This document shows, one piece after another, positions 38,525-46,938 of a DNA stretch of 64,000 nucleotides (position 1 is the first letter of the stretch; the number at the start of each line of letters is the position of its first letter). Position numbers and translations under genes: made by a program. Location: positions 8,052-72,051 of the forward strand of contig JAZRVS010000183.1 in NCBI GenBank assembly GCA_045599365.1, in the 5' to 3' direction. The stretch is from Bacteroidales bacterium (lineage in GTDB: Bacteria; Bacteroidota; Bacteroidia; Bacteroidales; UBA1715). Under the pieces are notes generated by a model, which searched no databases, was not told where the DNA came from, and worked only from the letters and a program-made list of their open reading frames with translations.

Positions 38525-39512
38525 TTTTAGTTGTTTTTCGAAAGACAAAATACAAAGACAACAAGCCCAAAATGATTTCTACTATAAGTTGTGATTCATG
38601 ACTAATTGTTGCATACAACAAACCTTCGGTATTAAAATCAAGACCATAAATAGTAAGAGCAAGTGCCACAATATAATGGAACGCGCCAATTCCTCCTTGA
38701 ACTGGAACTGCCATTCCAATACTTCCAACCACCAACAAGAACAATCCATCAGCAGCACCAAGATGTGCAGTTTGTGGTATTGAAAAACAAACAAACCACG
38801 TCATCAACCAATAACAAATCCAAAGAAGTACTGTATAAACAATAAATTGACCTCTTTTTTCAAGTTTGTAAATCGATTTTACGCCATCAAATATGCCTCT
38901 ACAAAACGATGTTACTTTACTTATGATGATATTTTCCTTTTTTCGTAAAAAATAAAAAATAGCAACGATACCAATAAGAATCAAAACAACAACAACGATA
39001 GTTGCATAACTAATTGATGATAATCTCCCAATAGTCGGCATTATGACTTCATTTGAGATAAATGAGCCAAACCTTTCCATTTGCAAAAAAACTGATAAAA
39101 GAGCCAACAAGCACATCATTACAACATCAAATACTCGTTCAACAATTACAGTACCGATAAGTTTATCAAATGGTAGTTTTTCTGTCTTTGAAAGCGCACC
39201 ACAACGAGTGATTTCGCCTATACGAGGCAAAGCCATATTTGCGAAATAGCCGAACATTTCAGCCCAAAAAGAATTCCATAAACTTGGTTTATGATCGCAC
39301 GTAGATTCAATAAGTAAATTCCATCGAGCAGCACGTATAAGATACGCAACGATTGCAAATATCAATGCTAAACCTATCCACCAATAATTTGCGTGGACAA
39401 TATCATTCCACATTGATGGCAAATCAACATCTTTGAAAACGTAAACAAGTAAACCTATGCCTATAATGGCAAAAACAATATAAGAGATTGTTTTTGATAG
39501 GTTTTTACTCAT
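38517..39512 (-). CDS. Flippase-like (UPF0104 / lysyl-PG synthase TM-domain family) membrane protein
   Basis: 331 aa, ~8 TM helices, with the LPxRxGE-type motif ALPRIGEITRCG. Confidence 0.6.
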   Translation of the reverse strand: MSKNLSKTISYIVFAIIGIGLLVYVFKDVDLPSMWNDIVHANYWWIGLALIFAIVAYLIRAARWNLLIESTCDHKPSLWNSFWAEMFGYFANMALPRIGEITRCGALSKTEKLPFDKLIGTVIVERVFDVVMMCLLALLSVFLQMERFGSFISNEVIMPTIGRLSSISYATIVVVVLILIGIVAIFYFLRKKENIIISKVTSFCRGIFDGVKSIYKLEKRGQFIVYTVLLWICYWLMTWFVCFSIPQTAHLGAADGLFLLVVGSIGMAVPVQGGIGAFHYIVALALTIYGLDFNTEGLLYATISHESQLIVEIILGLLSLYFVFRKTTKNE

Positions 39513-39514
39513 TT

Positions 39515-39865
39515 TCAGACGAGTTTATTGGTATTGGTATCAGGAAAAATGACTGTTGGTTGAAATGATTTTGCCTCTTCAAAATCCATCAATGCATACG
39601 AAATAACGATTGCAACATCGCCCACAGTAAATTTATGAGCAGCTGGTCCATTTAAGCATACAATACCACTACCTCTTTCTCCTTTAATAGCATACGTTTC
39701 TAAACGTTCTCCATTATTAAGATTGAGGACTTGCACTTTTTCATTAGGAATGATATTAGCCGCCTCCATCAAAGCTTCATCCAACGTGATACTACCGACA
39801 TAGTTAAGATTTGCTTCTGTAACCGTCACGCGGTGAATTTTCGATTTCATTATTTCAATCATCAT
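39515..39865 (-). CDS. panD: Aspartate 1-decarboxylase
   Basis: [23 protein letters not shown] includes the G-S self-cleavage site. 116 aa. Confidence 0.95.
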   Translation of the reverse strand: MMIEIMKSKIHRVTVTEANLNYVGSITLDEALMEAANIIPNEKVQVLNLNNGERLETYAIKGERGSGIVCLNGPAAHKFTVGDVAIVISYALMDFEEAKSFQPTVIFPDTNTNKLV

Positions 39866-39869
39866 AACC

Positions 39870-40724
39870 TTATTGTTTTAGAGTTATGTTATCAATCAAG
39901 CGAACATCGCCAACATTCACTGTGATACAACCAACTATCCAACTTGCATCATTCCACGATGAAACTGGTTGCATTGTATATCCATCAACAATTTCAAAAT
40001 ATTCTACTTCCAATAGAGGAACATTATTGACTGTAGTTTCAACAAATTCCTTTATTTCTGCTATAGAGCATTGTTTTACCTTATCAGCAGCCTTGAACAA
40101 TGTTTGAGAAATTTGCACAGCTTGGCTACGTTGTTCTGCACTTAAACGGGCGTTTCGAGAACTCAAAGCCATTCCATCTTCTTCACGAACAATAGGGCAA
40201 GGGATAATTTCAATTTGTATGTTACGTTGACGAACCATTTCGCGAATAATTGCAATTTGTTGGAAATCTTTCATTCCAAAATACGCTCTATCAGCAGGGA
40301 CAAGTTCAAATAAACGATGGACAACAATACCAACGCCATTGAAATGACCAGGACGAGCAACACCCTCCATCACATTACCAATAGGTCCGAAATCGTATGA
40401 TTCTGTAACATTTTCCAAACCTTCTGGATACATAGTTTCAACTGAAGGAACAAATGCAATAGAGCAACCTACACTTTCTAACAATACTAAATCAGCATCA
40501 ATAGTGCGGGGATATGTTTGTAAATCGTGTTTATTATTAAATTGTGTTGGATTTACCAAAATACTAACCGCAGTACAATCATTTTCTGCAATAGATTTCT
40601 TAACCAACGAAATATGTCCATTATGCAATGCACCCATTGTAGGTATAAATCCCAATGAAAGCCCTTTGCTACGGACATCAGCAACAGCCTTTGCAATTTC
40701 TTCTCGCGTTTTACAAACTATCAT
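39870..40724 (-). CDS. panC: Pantoate--beta-alanine ligase
   Basis: [15 protein letters not shown] (HxGH), DFQQ and SSRN motifs. 284 aa. Confidence 0.95.
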   Translation of the reverse strand: MIVCKTREEIAKAVADVRSKGLSLGFIPTMGALHNGHISLVKKSIAENDCTAVSILVNPTQFNNKHDLQTYPRTIDADLVLLESVGCSIAFVPSVETMYPEGLENVTESYDFGPIGNVMEGVARPGHFNGVGIVVHRLFELVPADRAYFGMKDFQQIAIIREMVRQRNIQIEIIPCPIVREEDGMALSSRNARLSAEQRSQAVQISQTLFKAADKVKQCSIAEIKEFVETTVNNVPLLEVEYFEIVDGYTMQPVSSWNDASWIVGCITVNVGDVRLIDNITLKQ

Positions 40725-40741
40725 CTCACATATAAATTAGT

Positions 40742-40906
40742 AGGAAACAACACACAAGTTAGTAGCACAATCATTTGTGATTAAGTGTCAGTAGTCAGTT
40801 CCCAGTTTGATTCCCATAATAGTAAGTTTATTACTCAAAGAAATTTAGCTAACAACTGATAACTGGTAACTGACAACTAAATTACTGCCAAATGTATATC
40901 ATTACC
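40742..40906 (+). repeat. Interspersed ~165 bp repeat element, copy B
   Basis: AGGAAACAACACACAAGTTAGTAGCACAATCATTTGTGAT...AACTGACAACTAAATTACTGCCAAATGTATATCATTACC aligns with copies A and C. The internal inverted repeat is 40787..40807 / 40861..40880. Confidence 0.8.
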
Positions 40907-41067
40907 AATTAGTATCGCAAAGGTACTATTTTTCATTGAAGTGAACAAATAAAAGGGTATTGAGCTTTCTTGATTTAGATAAATTCCAAAAAAAAACATA
41001 CTTTGAATCATAATTCAGATACTTTTACTATTTTAGCGAAAATTTTGATAGTTAATACGTATTATAT

Positions 41068-41760
41068 ATGGAAATAAAAAAATCTGAGAAAGCAAACCTT
41101 GAAAACAAGGTCGTTCTATTTAGAGAAATTGGATTTGTGGTTGTATTACTCATTATTTTAATTGTTTTCGAAATTGGAGTAAGCGAATCAAACAATGCAA
41201 ATCTTTTGAATACTGAAATTTCTGAAGACGAGACAGAAATGGTAGAAGTTACTCGCGAAGAACAACAACCAGAGCCAGAACAACCAAAACCAGAAATGCC
41301 AGAACCTCCACGAGCAGAAAATATTGAAGAAACTGAGGATGCAAACGAGGACCAATCAAATTTAATAAATGAAAATAATGATGATCAAAACGCAGAAGTG
41401 GAACAGAACTTTAATTTTGAAGAAGAAGAAGAAGTTCAAGAGACTGTTCACGTTCGTGTAGAAAAAATGCCTGGATTCCCTGGTGGAATGGGTTCATTGA
41501 TTAAATTCATTGGAGAACATTTGGAATATCCTCAAGAAGCAGCTGACCTTGGTTTGGAAGGAACTGTTGTTGTGAAATTTGTTGTAAACAAAAATGGTAA
41601 GGCAGTTAACCCAGAAATTATAAAAGGTGTTAACCCAATGTTGGATAAAGCCGCATTAGACGTTGTTGCAAAATTACCTGCTTTTGAGCCAGGAGAACAA
41701 GCTGGTGAAAAAGTGCCTGTATATTTTAATTTACCTGTACAATTTAAGTTAGGCAAATAA
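41068..41760 (+). CDS. tonB: Energy transducer TonB-family protein
   Basis: N-terminal TM anchor, a Pro/Glu-rich linker (EEQQPEPEQPKPEMPEPP), and the C-terminal TonB_C stretch PGFPGG...YPQEAADLGLEGTVVVKFVVNKNG. Confidence 0.75.
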   Translation: MEIKKSEKANLENKVVLFREIGFVVVLLIILIVFEIGVSESNNANLLNTEISEDETEMVEVTREEQQPEPEQPKPEMPEPPRAENIEETEDANEDQSNLINENNDDQNAEVEQNFNFEEEEEVQETVHVRVEKMPGFPGGMGSLIKFIGEHLEYPQEAADLGLEGTVVVKFVVNKNGKAVNPEIIKGVNPMLDKAALDVVAKLPAFEPGEQAGEKVPVYFNLPVQFKLGK

Positions 41761-41761
41761 T

Positions 41762-42322
41762 ATGGAAGAACTCGAATTAGTTATTGAAGATACAAAAGAA
41801 AGAATGGTTGCTCCCTTGCAACGATTGGATTCTGAATTAACAAAACTTCGTGCTGGCAAAGCATCTCCAGTGATGTTAGATGGTGTAAAAGTTGATTACT
41901 ATGGTTCTATGACACCACTTAGTCAAGTTGCCAACGTAAATACCCCAGATGCTCGTACGCTCGTAGTTCAACCATGGGAAAAGAAATTGATTGACCCAAT
42001 TGAAAAAGCTATCTTAGCTGCAAATTTAGGTTTAACCCCTATCAATGATGGTCAACTGATTCGCATTTGCATTCCTGTATTAACAGAAGAACGTCGTAAA
42101 GAAATCTGCAAACAAGTTCGTGCAGAAGCAGAAAACACAAAAGTTGTCATTCGTAATATTCGCCGTGATGCCAATGAAATGTTAAAAAAGCTTCAAAAAG
42201 ATGGACTTCCTGAAGATATGGCAAAAGATGGTGAAGTGCAAATTCAGAAAATCATTGATGGAGCTATCGCAAAGGTTGACGAAAAGGTTGTTGCGAAAGA
42301 AGCCGATGTAATGAAAATATAA
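41762..42322 (+). CDS. frr: Ribosome recycling factor
   Basis: 186 aa. LRAGKASPVMLDGVKVDYYG and IPVLTEERRKE motifs. Confidence 0.95.
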   Translation: MEELELVIEDTKERMVAPLQRLDSELTKLRAGKASPVMLDGVKVDYYGSMTPLSQVANVNTPDARTLVVQPWEKKLIDPIEKAILAANLGLTPINDGQLIRICIPVLTEERRKEICKQVRAEAENTKVVIRNIRRDANEMLKKLQKDGLPEDMAKDGEVQIQKIIDGAIAKVDEKVVAKEADVMKI

Positions 42323-42480
42323 GGAAACCATATACAAGTTGGCAACACAATCATTTGTAATCGGGTGTCAGTAGTTTGTTTTCGGTTTAAATTCCTTAAT
42401 GATAAGTTAGTTAGTTGATTACACAAAGAGATTCGTCAGACAACTGACAACTAAATTATTGCCAAGATGTAATCATTGCC
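42322..42480 (+). repeat. Interspersed ~160 bp repeat element, copy C (between the frr stop and the frr terminator)
   Basis: AGGAAACCATATACAAGTTGGCAACACAATCATTTGTAAT...CAACTGACAACTAAATTATTGCCAAGATGTAATCATTGCC aligns with copies A (reverse complement) and B. Confidence 0.8.
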
Positions 42481-42505
42481 AAATGAAATTTCTTCTCTAA
42501 ACTAT

Positions 42506-42539
42506 AAAAAGGAACGCAACGCATTGTGTTCCTTTTTTT
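42506..42539 (+). terminator. Rho-independent terminator of frr
   Basis: Stem aaggaac / gttcctt, followed by a T-run. Confidence 0.6.
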
Positions 42540-42559
42540 GTCTATACAATAAATTTTCC

Positions 42560-42567
42560 TACATTTG
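42560..42567 (+). promoter_or_regulatory. Bacteroidota -7 box for the NSS transporter gene
   Basis: TACATTTG lies 15 nt upstream of the ATG at 42583. Confidence 0.4.
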
Positions 42568-42582
42568 GAACAAAATAAAACT

Positions 42583-44367
42583 ATGGCTCAAAAGAAACAA
42601 GCTTGGGGATCACGGATAGGACTGATTTTAGCAATGGCAGGCAGTGCTGTCGGTATTGGAAATTTTATCCGATTCCCTGTTCAAGCAGTTCAAAATGGTG
42701 GCGGAGCATTTATAATTCCCTATATCGTATCGTTTCTTGTACTTGGGATTCCATTAGTATTAATAGAATGGTCTTTAGGGAAATATGCAGGACAATTCGG
42801 ACATCATTCTCCACCAACAATATTACCAACAATATGCAAAGGAAAGATTTTTCGTTACGTTGGGAGCATAAGTATATTTGCAAGCGCAATAATTTGTTCA
42901 TATTATTGTTTTATTGAAAGTTGGATTCTTTCGTATGCTATTCATTCTATTATCGGGACTTTCAATGGAATGAACGAATATGAAGTATCCAATTTTTTTG
43001 ACACCTATATTGATTTAGGGACCTCAACATTAGGAATTCCAGGAGACACAATGATTGCCTTTGTTGTATGTTTAGCTATTAACGTAGTGATATTATCTGG
43101 AGGTATAAAAAAAGGAATTGAAACCTCCGCCAAAATTTGTATGCCATTATTACTCATTTTTGGAATATTCTTAATTTTCAAGGCATACACAATGAAAGCT
43201 GGTGTAGATGGAGCATCGTTTGATAGTTCTATAGCCCTTAATTTCCTTTGGACTCCTGATTATAGTTCGTTAACCAATCCTAAAGTATGGCTTTCAGCTG
43301 CTGGACAAATTTTCTTTACCCTATCTTTGGGATTGGGTGTACTACATACCTATGCATCCTATATGAAAAAAGATGATGATATCGCTCTCAATTCTTTAAC
43401 TTCAGCATTTACCAACGAAGTTGGAGAGGTAATTTTAGGAAGCGCCATAATTATCCCTATTGCGATTGGTTATTTTGGTGTTGACAAAATGATGGAACTC
43501 ACGCAATTAGGTGGTTTCAGTCTCGGTTTCAGAACTATGCCATACCTATTTGAACAATGGGGACCAATATTATCAGCATTTGCGGGCTTAACATTTTTCG
43601 GAATTTTGTTTTTGGCTTCCATAACATCATCGGTTTCAATGGGGCAACCATTTATTGCGTTCTTATCACAAAGAAACGATTGGTCTCAGAAAAAAAGTTC
43701 CTTAGTATATGGATTCATATTGTTACTTTTGGCACTGCCATCTATTTTATTTTTCAACCAAGGAGTTTTTGACCAATACGATTTTTGGGCAGGAACAGTA
43801 TGTTTGTTCTTATTTGGAATGATTGAAGTGATTGCTTTTTCTTGGATTATGGGACTTGACAAAGGATGGGAACTTATAACAAACCATGCAGATATTCAAA
43901 TTCCCAAAATCTATAAATACATATTGAAGTACATCACCCCTACAATGTTGATAATCATATTTTTAGCAGCACTTATAAAACCAATCAACGACGATTGGTC
44001 GCAATTAAGTTTCAACGGATGGGAAGTTGATGGGTCAAGCATTATCGGAGAATTAACTCACAAAAATATTGGACCAAACCAAACATGGTTTGCCGATAAT
44101 TTTTATGCGGAAAACGAAGGAATTGTAAAATCAATTTCCGACTCCACAATCCTTATTGGAGAAAAAAGTTACACTCTACCCAAAGACGCAAAAATTTTGG
44201 TTGCAGAAGAGGATATGATTTCTATCGGGACACCAATTTATGAAGGAGATATTATCAATAATATATTTTACATTGATATGTCACGAATAAGTTTAGTAGT
44301 AATTTTGTTAATTATTTGCATTCTTGTAAAATTCTCAAATGTACGAATTTATAATTCAGAAATATAA
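42583..44367 (+). CDS. Sodium-dependent transporter, neurotransmitter:sodium symporter (SNF/NSS) family
   Basis: WGSRIGLILAMAGSAVGIGNFIRFP is the NSS signature. The protein has ~12 TM helices plus a C-terminal extension. Confidence 0.85.
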   Translation: MAQKKQAWGSRIGLILAMAGSAVGIGNFIRFPVQAVQNGGGAFIIPYIVSFLVLGIPLVLIEWSLGKYAGQFGHHSPPTILPTICKGKIFRYVGSISIFASAIICSYYCFIESWILSYAIHSIIGTFNGMNEYEVSNFFDTYIDLGTSTLGIPGDTMIAFVVCLAINVVILSGGIKKGIETSAKICMPLLLIFGIFLIFKAYTMKAGVDGASFDSSIALNFLWTPDYSSLTNPKVWLSAAGQIFFTLSLGLGVLHTYASYMKKDDDIALNSLTSAFTNEVGEVILGSAIIIPIAIGYFGVDKMMELTQLGGFSLGFRTMPYLFEQWGPILSAFAGLTFFGILFLASITSSVSMGQPFIAFLSQRNDWSQKKSSLVYGFILLLLALPSILFFNQGVFDQYDFWAGTVCLFLFGMIEVIAFSWIMGLDKGWELITNHADIQIPKIYKYILKYITPTMLIIIFLAALIKPINDDWSQLSFNGWEVDGSSIIGELTHKNIGPNQTWFADNFYAENEGIVKSISDSTILIGEKSYTLPKDAKILVAEEDMISIGTPIYEGDIINNIFYIDMSRISLVVILLIICILVKFSNVRIYNSEI

Positions 44368-44462
44368 TGTCAACATCGGCTCTTGTTATAATGCTTTCTG
44401 TTCAAATTACAATAGTAGCAATTACGATATATTTATTTTATAGAATTTTGAAAAAAAAATAA
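44367..44462 (+). CDS. 31-aa hydrophobic micro-protein, start-stop coupled to the NSS transporter (not in the ORF track)
   Basis: The ATG at 44367 shares its A with the transporter TAA (TAATG). Translation gives MSTSALVIMLSVQITIVAITIYLFYRILKKK, a single TM helix with a basic tail. Confidence 0.4.
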   Translation: MSTSALVIMLSVQITIVAITIYLFYRILKKK

Positions 44463-44464
44463 TT

Positions 44465-44992
44465 ATGGAATCATTTTTCGCTTTAGCACAAAAAAGAAGA
44501 AGTACTCGAAAATTTACAGACGAGAAAGTACCTCAAGAAATACAAGACAAATTAAAACAAATTGTTTTAATGAGTCCTTCTGGACACCGAGCAAATCCTT
44601 GGGAATTCATCTTCGTAGAAGATAAAGTAACATTAGAAGCAATTTCTCAATGCAAATCTGCTGGCGCAACATTTGTAAAAGATGCAGCACTTGCTGTTGT
44701 TGTTATTGCCGACACGACAAAAACTGATGTTTGGATTGAAGATTGTTCCATTGCTTCGGCATATTTACATTTAGCTGCCGAAGATTTAGGCTTGGGAAGT
44801 TGTTGGGTTCAAATGCGTCTTCGTTCACAAGAATCAGGGAATATGGCATCTGATGTTTTGAAAAAATTATTCAACATTCCAGCGCAATACGAGGTATTAT
44901 CGGTCGTTGCAATGGGTTATAAAGAAGAAGAACGAAAACCATTCGATTTAAATAGATTACAATTAGAAAAAATTCACACTGAAAAATTTTAA
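44465..44992 (+). CDS. Nitroreductase-family protein
   Basis: 175 aa. KRRSTRKFTDEKVP N-terminal motif, with P..(S)GHR(A)NPWEF following. Confidence 0.75.
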   Translation: MESFFALAQKRRSTRKFTDEKVPQEIQDKLKQIVLMSPSGHRANPWEFIFVEDKVTLEAISQCKSAGATFVKDAALAVVVIADTTKTDVWIEDCSIASAYLHLAAEDLGLGSCWVQMRLRSQESGNMASDVLKKLFNIPAQYEVLSVVAMGYKEEERKPFDLNRLQLEKIHTEKF

Positions 44993-44996
44993 GAAT

Positions 44997-45995
44997 ATGA
45001 AAAAGTTATTGATTTTCGCCATTGGAACGACATTGCTTGCTTCGTGCGTTTCACAAAAAAAATACGATGAATTGTATCGTAATTGTCAGTTTGACAAAGA
45101 TTCTTTAACATCAGTTCTATCTGATTGCAAAGCTAACTTGCAATCAATGACAGCTTTGGAAGAAGAACTTGAAGGAAAAGTTGTTTCACTTCGAGCTGAT
45201 TCATTATCGAAAAAACGTCAAATTGAAAACTTAAACACAGAAAATAGCGAGTTAAAATCTCTCAATACCAATTTGACGAACAAACAATCGGCTATGATGA
45301 AACAACAAGCTGAAGAAAGCAAAAAAACATTAGCAGAATTACAAACTGCACGTGAGAAACTACAAACTCGCGAAGATGAATTGGATTCTATACAATTAAG
45401 TTTGGAACAAGAACGTAAAAATCTTGACAAAATCCGTAAAGAACTTGGTATCAAAGACAACGAGATTTTACTAAAAAATAAGCAAATTGCAGAAATGGAG
45501 GAAATTCTTCGTAAAAAAGATTCCACGACGTTGGCATTACGCAATAAAATAGAAAAAGCCTTGAATGGATTTGAGGGTGATGGTTTAAACATAGTACAAC
45601 GAGATGGAAAAATTTATTTAGTCCTTGACGAATCATTATTGTTTAGTGTCGGTAAAAGTGACGTTGCAGCCAAAGGGCAAGAAGTATTGAAAAATCTTGC
45701 AAGCATCTTAGAGCAAAATCCAGACATCAATATTGAAGTAGAAGGTCATACGGATAATACTGGTGGAACAAAAGTAAACTGGGAATTAAGTACAAAACGT
45801 GCTTTAGCAATTTCACAAATTCTACTTGACAATTCCAACATTGAAGGAAAACGAATCACTGTTTCTGGTCGTGGACAATACTGCCCTGTTGATGAAGCAA
45901 ACACTCCTGAAGCACGTGCAAAGAATCGTCGGTCTGAAATCATTTTAACACCAGACTTACAAGAACTATATGACATTTTGAACGCAAAGGAATAG
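44997..45995 (+). CDS. OmpA-family lipoprotein with an N-terminal coiled coil
   Basis: Lipobox LLASC, a long heptad-like Q/E/K/L region, and the C-terminal OmpA_C stretch IEVEGHTDNTG....N..LS..RA......RR.EI. Confidence 0.8.
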   Translation: MKKLLIFAIGTTLLASCVSQKKYDELYRNCQFDKDSLTSVLSDCKANLQSMTALEEELEGKVVSLRADSLSKKRQIENLNTENSELKSLNTNLTNKQSAMMKQQAEESKKTLAELQTAREKLQTREDELDSIQLSLEQERKNLDKIRKELGIKDNEILLKNKQIAEMEEILRKKDSTTLALRNKIEKALNGFEGDGLNIVQRDGKIYLVLDESLLFSVGKSDVAAKGQEVLKNLASILEQNPDINIEVEGHTDNTGGTKVNWELSTKRALAISQILLDNSNIEGKRITVSGRGQYCPVDEANTPEARAKNRRSEIILTPDLQELYDILNAKE

Positions 45996-46031
45996 TTTAG
46001 TGTATAGTGATTAACGATTAGTAATTAATAG

Positions 46032-46060
46032 AGACGGAGTACACTCCGTCTTTACTTTAT
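46032..46060 (+). terminator. Probable terminator hairpin
   Basis: Stem agacgga / tccgtct with a 6-nt loop, followed by a T-rich tract. Confidence 0.45.
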
Positions 46061-46091
46061 AAAATCCCGTAAGGGGTTAAGGTAATTTTGT

Positions 46092-46904
46092 ATGCGAAAA
46101 ATTCTCTCAACAATATTCATTTCCCTTGTTTTTTGTTTTGATAGTTTTTCTCAGGATTTTCCATATCAATTCAAAAAAAGTATTGATATTCCAATCATTA
46201 CCTACTCTATTTTGTGTGAAAGTGGTAGTCTAATTTTAGAACATAACCAAAAAGCACCAACTATATCGAACATTGCAACCCTTTCAAAAAACGATATAAA
46301 TAAATTTGATCGTAAGGCTACCAATAATTATAGTGAGGATTTAGAAAAAACAAGTAAGTACTTCGCCTTTGGGACTGCATTTTCAAGTATTATATCCGTT
46401 GGATTACTATCTCTCGTAAATAGCAACACGTACCCTGATTTTTGGAAAAATTCCTTCTCATTTGCAGGTTTATACATTGAATCTATGGCATTGACTTTCT
46501 CAACGACCAACCTTGTAAAAAATTGTGTAACTAGATATAGACCTATCAATTACAACAATGATGTCCCGATTGATAAAAAAATAGAAAAAAACGCAGCTCA
46601 TTCTTTTTTCTCTCGACACACATCTCTTGCAGCAACAAGTACTTTTTTTGCAGCAAGTGTCATTTCAGAATATTATCCACATAGTTGGCAATCACGTACG
46701 GCTTGGATTGGAGCAATCATTTTGCCCGCTATTTGTGGAGTACTCCGAACAGAATCGGGGCAACACTTCCCAACCGACATAATCACAGGTTACGCGTTAG
46801 GTACACTATGTGGCATACTTGTGCCGTATTTTCACAAAAAACAAAACGAGAAGTTTAGTACATTTATATCTCCGTTTGGTGCAACAATGGTAGCAAGATT
46901 ATAA
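46092..46904 (+). CDS. PAP2-superfamily phosphatase (membrane)
   Basis: KNCVTRYRP (KxxxxxxRP), FFSRHTS (PSGH-like) and ESGQHFPTD (SRxxxxxHxxxD-like) motifs. Confidence 0.7.
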   Translation: MRKILSTIFISLVFCFDSFSQDFPYQFKKSIDIPIITYSILCESGSLILEHNQKAPTISNIATLSKNDINKFDRKATNNYSEDLEKTSKYFAFGTAFSSIISVGLLSLVNSNTYPDFWKNSFSFAGLYIESMALTFSTTNLVKNCVTRYRPINYNNDVPIDKKIEKNAAHSFFSRHTSLAATSTFFAASVISEYYPHSWQSRTAWIGAIILPAICGVLRTESGQHFPTDIITGYALGTLCGILVPYFHKKQNEKFSTFISPFGATMVARL

Positions 46905-46938
46905 GAAAATTTCTACCTTTGCATACGAAATTTTTGAT

